Both the position numbers and the translations under genes were made by a program. This document shows, in pieces, positions 1 through 11,165 of a stretch of DNA of 64,000 bases (position 1 is the stretch's first letter; each line of letters opens with the position of its first letter). Source of the stretch: Picochlorum sp. SENEW3 (Eukaryota); contig CP120454.1 of assembly GCA_034226945.1 (NCBI GenBank), positions 868,001 through 932,000 of the forward strand. Reading direction: 5' to 3'. The notes under the pieces are model-generated. The model ran no database searches and was not told the DNA's origin. It saw only the letters and a program-made list of their open reading frames with translations.

Positions 1-700
1 AGAGTTGATGTCGCAGATGGGAGTAAAAAATGCCATCTTCAGTGTCCTGGTTTTAAAGGACGAGGCATCTGACACAGTACAGTCTGTCACCGCTTTTGTT
101 TGCGAGGATTCCATCCGAGATGCCAGCCTCGACGCAGTCCAGTCTCTTCGTCATGGGACATGGGACGGAGCGCCCAAAAAATCCGAATGCAAAATCGTCA
201 TGGTGACTGGTGACAATGAAGCGAGTGCTTCCAAGATTGCAGACGCCCTTGGCATCTCCGAGGTATATTCTGGTCTGACGCCAGAAGAAAAGCTCAAGAT
301 TGTCAAAACATTGTCCAAGGAAGCAAACAACGGTGATTCGAAGAAGTCGTCAGTGATGATGATTGGGGATGGCCTGAATGATGCAGCAGCGCTGGCTGCT
401 GCCAGAGTTGGGGTGGCTATTGCTTCCCCAACAACTGCAGCCGCATCACTTGCTTCGGACGTCGTCATCATGAATGACTCCTCCGGAGTATCTAGTATCC
501 CTGTTCTATTACGAGTATCGCAGCTCACCCATCGAATTATAGTACAGAATGTTTTGTTAGCTGCTGGTTCCATCTTGGTCTTGGCTCTTCCAACAGTACT
601 GGGATTCATTCCCTTGTGGCTTGCTGTCATGTTCCATGAGGGCTCCACACTTCTGGTTGCACTAAACTCATTGCGAATTCTTCGCCTATCCCTTTCTTAG
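1..700 (+). CDS. HMA1: P1B-type heavy-metal ATPase (HMA1/P1B-4-like), 3' part; 5' end lies outside the window
   Basis: MVTGD, GDGLNDAAALAAARVGVA hinge motif and HEGSTLLVALNSLR (HEG[S/T] motif of P1B-4 ATPases). Confidence 0.85.
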   Translation, partial: ELMSQMGVKNAIFSVLVLKDEASDTVQSVTAFVCEDSIRDASLDAVQSLRHGTWDGAPKKSECKIVMVTGDNEASASKIADALGISEVYSGLTPEEKLKIVKTLSKEANNGDSKKSSVMMIGDGLNDAAALAAARVGVAIASPTTAAASLASDVVIMNDSSGVSSIPVLLRVSQLTHRIIVQNVLLAAGSILVLALPTVLGFIPLWLAVMFHEGSTLLVALNSLRILRLSLS

Positions 701-859
701 ATTTGTATCTGTAAAGAGATCGTCTCGCTGTATTCTTTTGTATGTTTCTCCTACTTGAGTAGTGTGGGTCACAGCACCAGTGCATTGGCTTTCCCACACT
801 GGTTCCCACTCATCTGACTTGGCTGCGCTCAGGCGACAAAGCCATTAATTATTTCAAAT

Positions 860-3733
860 ATGGGACAGAAAACTTTTTTTGTGGGATCAGGACAACCCAC
901 TTTGGGTGATCTCATTCAAGTCGTTTGCGGCAGCGTGACTGTAGACGTCGATCCTTCTGCTGCCCAGAGAGTCAAAAAGGAAAGTCCACCTCCAAAGCAA
1001 TTTCAGGCGGAGAAGACTCCAGATCACAATGCATTAGGTGATTCTACATCATTTATACCCAAGGATTGCATCCGTGCAGCTTTATTTCTAAAGCTGCAAA
1101 GTTTGGTCAATGGAAAAAGCAAATGCAGACTTGCAGTCGCGCAGCAGATTTGCGATATGCTGAACAGGGATGTCATCCCAGGGATTCCAGAATATCATAC
1201 GGACAGAGAGGTGTTCGCAAGACTGGCTGATAGCTTCCATGGAGTGGGTGTGGACTGCTCTGGGGTTGACATTGCTGTGGCCATGGAGAAGAATGGGATC
1301 ACGCCTAGTTCTCTTTCGTCCGATGAGCGCTTGATACTGCAGGATGGCGAGTATTGCTCCTCTGGAGTCTCTTCTATTTGCATGGAGGGGGGAAAGTCCA
1401 TTCTGTCACTGGGAGCATACATTGCTGCAATGTCGGCAGAGGTTTTAAAGGCAGAGGTGAAGTGTTTTGAGGCTGAGATAACAGAGACCTATCCTCTGAA
1501 ATACTCCTCTGATGTGGCAGATGTTCTGAAAAACATGTTCACTGGATCAACGCAAGTTGTTGTGAAGAAAAACAACACCGTGATCAAGTGCATTACTGAT
1601 ATTCCAGCTGTTCATGGAGCAGCCCGGATGGAGTTGGATGCTATTGCAGTGCCTGCCAAGGCTTGCCTGGCGTCAGTGGCTCTTCCACCGCACAAATCGG
1701 GTATACATGGACATTATATGTGGCCAAATATGGGTCGGGATATGATATGCTTGGGCGAATCACTTGTTACAGCAGCCCAGATGAGCATTGATCGATCCTT
1801 ACTCGTTGCAGAGACTATGGAAAATGATGCTGACTTGAAGGCCACAGTGGATGAAACGAGGATACATTTGCAGTCTCACATAGAATGTCTGCACGCGTTA
1901 GACAACAAGCTTTCGAATGTGGCAGAGCTTCTCCAAAACACACATGGTGTGGAGAGTTTATCTCATGTCGACTGTTCCTTGGCGTGTTATGAGGCTCTGA
2001 AAGAACTTCAGGTGTGCTTTGTCTCCGAAATGATCACATCTTTGACTGGATTATACAAGAGACAGAGAGATTTCGAGAATTCTAAATCGGAAGGCGATGC
2101 CAACAAATCGAAAAAGAAGTCTCCTGGTTTTGTCCTTGGGAAAGGAACAGAAGCTCTTGTGCTGTCACTGCACAGTATGCTTGCAGAGAGCGAGCTACAG
2201 GATGGTTTTGCCAGCTTAAATTTAAGCGATATACCTTCAATTGTATCCAATACAAAAGACACAAGAAGTAAACTCGGCAAAGTCACCAGCATGTACCATC
2301 CAGGGCTCAAGAATATCCTAGATTCAGTAGGCAGAACTCTAGAGGCAAATGCTGCCACCAGAAAGCCAAAGATTGCCAAGGGTGCTAGAGATTTCGGGCC
2401 AGAGCAGATGGCGATTCGCGAGGTTGCATTTCAAAAAATCACAAATGTCTTCAAACGACACGGTGCAGTGTCAATAGACACACCCGTGTTTGAACTCAGG
2501 GAAACTCTCATGGGCAAGTATGGGGAGGACTCAAAGCTCATTTATGATTTGGCTGACCAAGGTGGTGAGATTTTGAGTTTGCGATACGATCTTACCGTTC
2601 CTTTTGCTCGCCATGTGGCTGTCCATGGACTGACAAATATCAAGAGATACCATATTGCAAAGGTATACAGGAGAGACCAGCCTCAGATGACAAAGGGCAG
2701 ATATAGGGAGTTTTTCCAATGTGACTTTGATATTGCTGGTGTGTATTCTCCAATGGTGCCAGACGCGGAGGTTCTAAAAGTGCTTGTGGAAATCTTGGAT
2801 GATTTGTCTCTTGGAGAGTATGAAATCAAAATCAATCACCGAAAATTGCTGGATGCCATGCTGGATATTGCAGGTGTCCCTCCACAAAAGTTTAGACCCA
2901 TCTGCTCTGCCATTGATAAGTTGGACAAAGAGCCATGGGAAGCTGTGAAAAAAGAAATGGTAGAAGAAAAGGGACTTCCAGAACATGTGGCGGATAAAAT
3001 TGGGGAATTCGTGGTGCTGAAAGGAGAGCCAAGAGAGGTGCTTCGCACACTCCAGCAGAGTGATCATCCTCTCTCCAGTCACCCAGAGAGTGCCGCTGCA
3101 TTACAAGATATGGCGACACTCTTCGACTTTTTGGATGTCATGGATGCTCTGAAACCATTCTCGTTTGATCTGTCCCTTGCCAGAGGACTGGATTACTACA
3201 CAGGAGTAATTTATGAGGCTGTCTTCAAAGGTGGCAGTGTGGGAAGCATAGCTGCTGGAGGAAGATATGATGGCCTTGTTGGCATGTTCAGCGGAAAAGA
3301 AGTACCAGCTGTCGGAGTATCCATTGGTATTGAGAGAGTGTTTGCCATCATGGAGGCTCAAATGAAAGACCAAGCCAAGGAGAGAAATGGCACCATCAGG
3401 GAAACTGAAACAGAAGTCCTGGTTGCGTCCATCGGCAACGGTCTCCAGCCGCAGAGAATGAAAATTGCATCCAACCTTTGGAAATCTGGAGTCAAGTGTG
3501 AATTCGGTTTCAAACCAAATCCAAAAATGGGAGACCAACTCAACTATGCATTGAAAACTGGTATTCCTCTTGTGATTCTCTTTGGGGAGGACGAGATCAA
3601 TTCTGGAAAGGTCAAACTGAAAGATTTGGACGCTGAAACCGAAATTACAGTCCCAGAAGAAGATATAATTAAAGAAGTCAAGGCAAAACTTGCCACAATG
3701 GGTGAGAGGCGTGTTGTTTTCCAATCTGCTTGA
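860..3733 (+). CDS. HARS: Cytosolic histidyl-tRNA synthetase with N-terminal histidine ammonia-lyase-like domain
   Basis: KGARDF, LRYDLTVPFAR, YRRDQPQMTKGRYREFFQCDFDIAG, LARGLDYYTG, GGRYD and a C-terminal anticodon-binding domain; the first ~400 aa resemble the HAL/PAL fold (IPAVHGAAR, LSSDERLILQDG). Confidence 0.95.
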   Translation: MGQKTFFVGSGQPTLGDLIQVVCGSVTVDVDPSAAQRVKKESPPPKQFQAEKTPDHNALGDSTSFIPKDCIRAALFLKLQSLVNGKSKCRLAVAQQICDMLNRDVIPGIPEYHTDREVFARLADSFHGVGVDCSGVDIAVAMEKNGITPSSLSSDERLILQDGEYCSSGVSSICMEGGKSILSLGAYIAAMSAEVLKAEVKCFEAEITETYPLKYSSDVADVLKNMFTGSTQVVVKKNNTVIKCITDIPAVHGAARMELDAIAVPAKACLASVALPPHKSGIHGHYMWPNMGRDMICLGESLVTAAQMSIDRSLLVAETMENDADLKATVDETRIHLQSHIECLHALDNKLSNVAELLQNTHGVESLSHVDCSLACYEALKELQVCFVSEMITSLTGLYKRQRDFENSKSEGDANKSKKKSPGFVLGKGTEALVLSLHSMLAESELQDGFASLNLSDIPSIVSNTKDTRSKLGKVTSMYHPGLKNILDSVGRTLEANAATRKPKIAKGARDFGPEQMAIREVAFQKITNVFKRHGAVSIDTPVFELRETLMGKYGEDSKLIYDLADQGGEILSLRYDLTVPFARHVAVHGLTNIKRYHIAKVYRRDQPQMTKGRYREFFQCDFDIAGVYSPMVPDAEVLKVLVEILDDLSLGEYEIKINHRKLLDAMLDIAGVPPQKFRPICSAIDKLDKEPWEAVKKEMVEEKGLPEHVADKIGEFVVLKGEPREVLRTLQQSDHPLSSHPESAAALQDMATLFDFLDVMDALKPFSFDLSLARGLDYYTGVIYEAVFKGGSVGSIAAGGRYDGLVGMFSGKEVPAVGVSIGIERVFAIMEAQMKDQAKERNGTIRETETEVLVASIGNGLQPQRMKIASNLWKSGVKCEFGFKPNPKMGDQLNYALKTGIPLVILFGEDEINSGKVKLKDLDAETEITVPEEDIIKEVKAKLATMGERRVVFQSA

Positions 3734-3737
3734 TATG

Positions 3738-4760
3738 TCACACACGTAATGCATCCTGTAAAATACGCAATGCGGCTTTATGGCATTCTCCATCCCCTGC
3801 TGCTAATACTTCACTAATTGGTGCTACTCCTGTTGACGCATCATCAATACTCCAGCAAAGATCCTGTCCTTTCCAATCAGTGATGCTCCCCCCAGCGCCC
3901 TTCACTATAGGGACCAGAGCCATGTAATCGTACGGCTTCAAATCTGCCTCTGCAACAATATCACAGTGACCCGCAGCTAATAACCCATATGCATAGCAAT
4001 CACATCCATACAAGGGAATCCTAACTCTATCCCTCAGGGCATTGAATGCAGTCTCTGTCTCCCCTTCAAACATGTGAGGAGTTGTTGCATACAAATACGC
4101 TGACGATATCTCTCGGCATGATCTCGTCATGATTTCACTTCCATTCAGCGTAGTCTTTCTACCCGACACCCCTACCCAACGCTCCTTCTGAATAGGCTGA
4201 TCTAAAACCCCCACAATCGGCACCCCCTTGTACAAGAGTGACACCAATGTCCCAAACACAGGCTTCCCCGTGATGAAACTCTTCGTCCCATCTATTGGAT
4301 CAAGCACCCAAAGAAAGTCGCTCGTCTCAGACCCTCGCTGAAAACCCTCCTCTTCTCCGAAAATACAATGCTCTGGAACTCTTGCAGAAAGAACCTCCCT
4401 CATAGCCCTCTCAGCCTGCCTGTCAGCTATGGTCACAGGACTCGAATCAGACTTGATATCAACATCAAATCTTGTTCTAAAATACGCGCTGGTAATATCT
4501 CCCGCAGTATCGGCAACAATCATAGCCGTTTCAACAAACTCGTTCAAATCTGAGTCTGTTAGAGCAAAAGCAGACACGTTTTGCCGATCCGGGGTAGAAG
4601 ATCTCACAATGTTATTCATCTGTGAAACTCCAAGAGCTCTTGGATTCCCAAATCCAATACGGTGCGTTGCCAAATTGCCTGCATGTCTCTTCTGAGGCAA
4701 GCAGCCGAGTACAGGTGGTACTACGGCGCTACAACACAATCGACACTGATATTTCAACAT
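3738..4760 (-). CDS. HISN7: Histidinol-phosphate phosphatase, inositol monophosphatase family (IMPL2/HISN7), plastid-targeted
   Basis: SPVTIADR, GEE, WVLDPIDGTKSFITGKP, YGCDCYAYGLLAAG, LKPYDY; N-terminal transit peptide. Confidence 0.9.
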   Translation of the reverse strand: MLKYQCRLCCSAVVPPVLGCLPQKRHAGNLATHRIGFGNPRALGVSQMNNIVRSSTPDRQNVSAFALTDSDLNEFVETAMIVADTAGDITSAYFRTRFDVDIKSDSSPVTIADRQAERAMREVLSARVPEHCIFGEEEGFQRGSETSDFLWVLDPIDGTKSFITGKPVFGTLVSLLYKGVPIVGVLDQPIQKERWVGVSGRKTTLNGSEIMTRSCREISSAYLYATTPHMFEGETETAFNALRDRVRIPLYGCDCYAYGLLAAGHCDIVAEADLKPYDYMALVPIVKGAGGSITDWKGQDLCWSIDDASTGVAPISEVLAAGDGECHKAALRILQDALRV

Positions 4761-4940
4761 GGATTTTCAAATATCCGAAGAATGGTGCTCAACACCCGCA
4801 TATCAAGAATTTGGGGATATTTCAATTCTTTTTAAGAAGCGTGGCTTGATTCCATTCAAATATACAATGCGACTCTGTCTTCCAGACCCTCTGTAATAAA
4901 TTTTAAAATATGATACGATATTGTTAAACTACTCGTCAGG

Positions 4941-7900
4941 ATGAAACACGAGGAGGGTGAAGGAAGCAGACTGGAAAAGCTTCTCAAACTCATTCGAGGT
5001 ACGTTGTTCCACAGGAATGGCGAATCTGCCTGCTCACACTTGAATTTAATATAATAATTTACCAATATATTGCAGAAGGCAAGACTGAGGAAATTCGAAG
5101 GGCTGCTGCGGAGCAGGTTGCTGGGATTGTCAAGAGCCAACCGACACAAGTCTTTTCCTTGGTAGCAAAACTTGCTCATGCCTTGGTTGGGCCTCAATGG
5201 GAGGGGCGCATTGCTGCATCCTATTGCTTCGAATTGATTGCAAAGCACTGTCAGCATCATACTGTTGTGAGTCTTAGAGAAGCAGCATGTGGGGCTGGGA
5301 GTGAGAGTGAACTGAAGGAGATGCGGCATGAATGGTTGCAGTTGGAGCATTTTGATATCAAGGATGTTATCAAGCAGGCAAAACCTTTAGTGGCGTCTTC
5401 TGGATCAGAGTTCGACGTTGGATCGTTGAGTAGCTTGCAGGATTTGCAGCAGCAGAAGAAACAACTTAAGGCAAGGCTTGGGTTGGATGGGATATCAGGG
5501 CAGGTGATTAATGCGGACGAGTTTATTGCCGATGAAGACCTTGCTGCAGAAGTTGAAATGAAGACTCAGGAGGAAAAGAAGTCTGCTGCGTCTGTTCTCG
5601 AAGGTCTGAGTGCGAGGGAAAAGGCCATGATGCGAGCTCAGAAGAAGCGTAAAATGAACAATGGGGCTGCAAAAGAAACGCATGTACATGATGAGAAGGC
5701 ACTTTTAGACATTTCAAAAGCATCTGAAGATATGTGGAATGATACGGTTTCTGGAGGATGGCCTTTCGGTCGTATATCTGACAAATTGTGTATAGATTTG
5801 CTGCATCCTTCCTGGGAGAGACGGCATGGTGCGGCTCTGGGTTTGAGGTCAATACTGCAGCACCACTTACATTCAGCCGGTATATATGCATCCATTGACG
5901 ACAGACCTAGTGGATGGCTTGCAGCAGGAGGATCTGGAATGCCGTCGCTGCTTTCTGTCACAGAAGCAGATGTGAATAGAGCCTCGATAGAGAATCTGGC
6001 ATGGCTGGAGGAATGCACGATTCATATCTTATGTGTACTAGCCTTGGAGAGATTTGGAGACTATTTATCTGACGATGTCGTTGCTCCTGTTCGAGAAACG
6101 GCTGCTCAGGTATTGGGTATTTTAGCCGCAGGAATGAGCGATGGCATGTTCCAAAAGACCTTGTGCGCATTGGCAGATATTGCCCAAGCAGACCACTGGG
6201 AGTCTAGGCATGGTGCTCTCAGTGGCTTAAAATATGTTCTTACTGCAAGGAGTAATATTGATACTACGACATTGGCCAAGATATTGTCGGTTATAAGGCG
6301 GGGTCTGGAGGATCAGATTGAGGATGTCAGGTCTGTGTCTGCAGAATGCCTCATGCCATGCATCGCAGAATTTGAAAAGTCCAGCTCCAGGGACACTGTC
6401 GCGATCGTTGACTTGCTGTGGGACTCACTTCTCTCCTTAGATCCGTTAAACACCGCAACGAAGAGTGCTTCAAAGGTTTTGGAAATGCTTTTCAGTGAAA
6501 TGGAAGATACCTCAAGCATCATGAAGATTGAAAACATCCCTAGGCTGTGGTACCATTTCCCTAGTAGAGTGAGCTCTGTGAGGTCAGCTGCAGTTCAGTG
6601 CTACAAGGGTATCGTCAACTCTGCCAGATACTTGGAGAAAGTTCCTGAAAGATATCATGTGATTGGAATGTTCGCATGCCTCCAGGTGATTATGACTGAT
6701 GAGAATCTGGATATTGCCATGCGGGCATACGAAACTTGCACTTCCTTGATTAGCCAGCTTTCTAGCGAAAAATCAGCCTGCATAGGAAACAAAGAGATGC
6801 TGGAGACATTATTGGCGTCAACTCTATTTTCTCCTGGAAAGCAGTATGTTAGGCCAACCTGTGCTGAATTGCCACCAATTATGGACGAGATGACGGATAT
6901 AGGAGAGATGGCACGACCTGTGCATGTTCAGAAGCATGCAGCGTCTGAAAGACGATATTTGTTGTGTGGCGTACTCGCACGTGTGTGTTCTATGGTAGAG
7001 TCGTCGCGAAAGTTTCTGTTCGAGTCCATTCAGAGATTTGCATCGAGTGACAGTGGTATGAAACAGAAAGTGGCATCAATGATGGCTTCAGATTGGTCTG
7101 AACGCAGTCCGCTGCCAAAATCGATAGTTGACACACTTTTGGAGAAATTAGTCAGAAAATCTAATTTGATTGAGTTTGAAGCGCCCTATAAGAGTATTGT
7201 AGAGAAGTTTGCAAAGTATGATGTGAACAAAGATGTGGTATTGAAGGCAAGTGCTGATGACTTGGTCAAACTTCTATCAGGCAAATGTGATAAATCTAAT
7301 CTTTCTTCGCTTCTCGATAGACTATCTGCTATTCGCACGGCTGAGGACCAATTTTCTGTGACAGTGTCTGGTAGTATTGCAACAGCTGTCGTGAAATCAG
7401 AGCAAATACCACAAAAGCTTAATGCCATCATACAGCCCTTGATTGCTGGGACTCGAAGAGAGAAAGATGAATTTCTACATCGGATGGCATGCAATGCAAT
7501 CGCAAAACTTGTGTGGATTGCTAGAGATAGGAGTCCATCTCCTTCAAGCAAGATTATCAAGAACCTTTGTCTTTTTGCGTGTTCAGATAAGAGATCCATT
7601 TTGGATGCATCAAATAATCAGGCATCTGATGAAGATCAGGATACAAAGGCTGAGGAAAGTGGCTCAAAATCAGCGACACAAATAACTAGTGAGGTACGAT
7701 GGCCATACATTTGATACTAGCATCTCTGTTGTTGACTGAAAACAAAGCGTCTGTTCCTTTTCACATTGCAGGGTGGGATTATGGCTCTTAAAGAGCTTGT
7801 TAGGCTGGCTGGCCCAAACCTCATAAAAGAATTACCAGGTCTTTGGGACCATCAAATCGTGAATAAAATGAAACTTGACAATAAAGTGGATGAATCTTCA

Positions 7901-10276
7901 TTGCACGAGCATATAAAAGCTTGCTTTGTTATGCAGTGTATTTCTTCTGAAGTGCATGAAGATTTATTTGCTGCACTGGATCATGTGCTTTCTATTCTTC
8001 TCCCATTATTAACTTTTTCGAATAATGCAGTCCAAAAAGCTTCAGCCAGAGCAGTGTCTGCGATCTGTCAAAGAAATGTTGAAAGGTTCTTGCCCTTTGC
8101 TCTTGAGAGCCTAGATAGCATGTTGAAAGATGGATCCCCAGAGCAGTCGAGATTTGGAGGCATCATAGCGATACGGATACTGCTAGATAACCTTGATATA
8201 GATGTTGTTCCATTCATACCACTTCTCGTGATATATTTGATGAGGAGAATGGGGGATTCTGTCTCAGATATCCGCAAACAAGCAACAAGGTGCTTTGCCA
8301 AAGCCATAACGCTGCTGCCCCTGTCACATGGAATTGCTCCGCCTCCGAACCTGTCAGAGTCTCAAAAGGCGATGCTGCAGAAAGACGGTAATTTCCTAGA
8401 GCAGCTTCTGAACAATGAGCACGTTGATGACTACAAGCTTCCGTTCAACTTGCAAGTTGGTAGTTTGAGGAGGTACCAGCAAGAAGGAATAAATTGGCTG
8501 GCATTCCTAAAGCGCTTTGGATTGCATGGAATTCTTGCGGATGACATGGGATTGGGGAAAACGATACAGGCGACTGCAATCATGGGTGCAGTAGTAACTG
8601 AAAGAAAGATTGCGTTTGAAAGTACAAAAGACCCCAATGATATGCCAAAGCCCTCATTGGTCGTATGTCCTGCCACTCTAGTGTCACATTGGCCACACGA
8701 GATTGCCAAATTCATCTCATCCGACATATTGAAGCCTTTGCGCGTACATGGGACGCCTTCAGAAAGGCAATCTGCCTATAAGGAGATTAGCGATGCCTCT
8801 GTCGTCGTCATCTCTTACGAGACTCTGCGATCTGACATCAAAACACTGTCAACGAAGAAATGGATGTATATAATTTTAGACGAAGGTCATGCTATTCGCA
8901 ATCCGACATCAAAGTTGGCAATTGCTGCCAGAGAACTGCATGGAATGCATAGGCTTATTCTGAGTGGAACACCTGTACAGAACTCTGTTTTGGAAGTCTG
9001 GGCTATGTTTGAGTTTTTGATGCCCGGCTATCTTGGAGATCAGAAATCATTTAATGCAAAATATGGAAAGTCAGTGGAAAAGGCAAAAAAGTCCAAGAAA
9101 ACTTCAGCCCAGGAACAGGCATCTGTCTTAGCCCTGCAGGCCCTGCACAAACAGGTCATGCCATTCATTCTTAGAAGGACCAAGGACCAGGTGCTGAAAG
9201 ATCTACCACCCAAAATAATTCAGGATATTATGTGTGATCCCAGTCCACTTCAAGTGTCGCTGCTCAAAGATTTAGATTCCAGCGGTATTGAGGAAACATT
9301 GAAATCAATGGGCTCTTCATCAGACTCTCAGGGACATGTCTTCCAGGCACTCCATTACTTGCGTAAGCTTTGTTCACATCCACTTTTCGTGCTGAGCAAA
9401 GAAAATGAATCTCATCGTGATGCTATAAGAGCATGCATTGGTGACTCAGCTGCTAAAAATTGGGAAAGTGCAATGTCCACAATCCACAATCAGCTGCAGC
9501 ATTCGCCAAAGTTGTCTGCCCTGAAGGAGCTTCTTTTAGACTCTGGCCTCGCAAACGAGGAAGGAGGTATGAGTTACTTAGTTTCAAAGAAATGTAGGAG
9601 ACTGCGTCATCTTAACGTTTGTACATTGCTTGTTGCAGAATCAGATATTTCGGACGGTGGCCATAGATTCTTAATATTTGCTCAGACAAAAGGAATGCTG
9701 AATATGATAGAATCAGCAGTCCTAAATCCAATGAACATATCATCTTTGAGAATAGATGGGGATGTGGATCCAGTAGAAAGATTTGATCTTGTCCAGAAGT
9801 TCAATGCTGACCCCACAATAGGTGTGATGCTCTTGACCACATCTGTTGGAGGGTTGGGCTTGAACCTGACGTCCGCTGATACAGTAGTTTTTACCGAGCA
9901 TGACTGGAATCCTCAAAAGGATCTCCAAGCCATGGATAGAGCACATCGCCTGGGACAGAAACGATCCGTCAATGTGTACAGGCTCCTTGTTAAGGGCACC
10001 TTGGAGGAATCGATCATGTCTCTGCAACGTTTCAAGCTCGATGTTGCGTCCGCAGTTGTGAATACCGACAATATGTCGATGAAGGATATGGACACAGGGT
10101 CTCTTCTGAACCTATTTGAAAAGGAAGAGCCAACTGGAAAGTCGGAATCGAAGGCCCCCAAAATGGGCCTTGCTGCCATCCTGGCAGATCTGCCAAGTTT
10201 GGAGGAGACAGAAGCCCAATACCATGCCGAGTACAATATTGGTCGTTTCAAATCTCTTCTGAAGAGGAAGCATTAG
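4941..10276 (+). CDS. BTAF1: TBP-associated Snf2-family ATPase BTAF1/MOT1; 4 exons (introns 4999-5075, 7694-7771, 9567-9638)
   Basis: Spliced N-terminus RLEKLLKLIREGKTEEIRRAAAEQ; HEAT region RFGDYLSDDVVAPVRET; helicase motifs LADDMGLGKT, LDEGH, SGTPVQN, DWNPQKDLQAMDRAHRLGQ; GT-AG junctions keep frame. Confidence 0.93.
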
Positions 10277-10550
10277 ACTGTTGCTCAAATGTAAGGCCCT
10301 TCACTTGTCCCGCGCACTTCTTCAGGCAAGATTTTTTTGCCTGAATTTTTTTTTCCAGGCACCTTGGATATGCCGGCACGGCGCCGTGTCAGCTTCCATC
10401 TCTCAAATTTTGCCAACAACCTCCATCTCTTGTATCTCAAGCCCATTATGTGCATCCACACATTATTAAAACATAAATTCTCAATAAAAAGATACAATCT
10501 TTGACAGGAGTAGTAAACGCGCTGCACAAGAAGCGAAACTACTCGGTAAA

Positions 10551-11144
10551 ATGCCTTCCGACAAGCGGCTTTTTCCAAATGCCAAATCCAAACGAGAGAA
10601 AGGAGTAGGCATGAATGTTGGCTATGGATTAGTTTGGAGAGGTTGTGATTGGCATCCACTCGTTGCACCCGCTCCGAATCTTCAAAAGGCACTTGCACAG
10701 GGTCCTTCCCTCAGCATCGCTCAAGACCTGCACCCTGGTCCTGGATTCTTCGAGATTGCCATCGCTCCGAAAGACAAAACAACATCACGCATAGAGGTAT
10801 ATATTGAGAGCACAGACAACATTCAAGAATCTGTGAAAGACTTGCTGAGCCTGAAAGGAAAGTACAAGGGATTCATGGATCATGCACTCAAGGAAAAGCA
10901 CTGCATTTGGATTAGATACAAGACGACGTCGAGCCATGACAATGCCAAGAAAGAGGTTGAAAAGATCTTAGACAAGTATGATTATGCTTGGGTCCAACAG
11001 CCTCACTGTGGGGCTCGATCGCTGGTCATGAAACCACGAATATTTTGTGGTTGCTGCTGTCGGACTGGGTTTGACATCATTGAGGGAGGACCCAAATTTT
11101 CCAACACTGAAAGCAGTTTCAAGAGGTTAATATCGCGTAAATAA
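10551..11144 (+). CDS. Hypothetical protein, 197 aa
   Basis: Intronless ATG-started ORF filling the gap between two genes, protein-like composition; no family recognised. Confidence 0.6.
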   Translation: MPSDKRLFPNAKSKREKGVGMNVGYGLVWRGCDWHPLVAPAPNLQKALAQGPSLSIAQDLHPGPGFFEIAIAPKDKTTSRIEVYIESTDNIQESVKDLLSLKGKYKGFMDHALKEKHCIWIRYKTTSSHDNAKKEVEKILDKYDYAWVQQPHCGARSLVMKPRIFCGCCCRTGFDIIEGGPKFSNTESSFKRLISRK

Positions 11145-11165
11145 ATCTTTACATACTACAATCTA

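Noticed and set aside
756..812. Hairpin upstream of HisRS as a tRNA-like or attenuator element
   Set aside because: The 8-bp stem is real, but there is no cloverleaf, His-codon leader or known motif; insufficient support
9567..9638. Odd peptide MSYLVSKKCRRLRHLNVCTLLVA inside BTAF1
   Set aside because: It is a 72-nt in-frame GT-AG intron read through by the ORF caller
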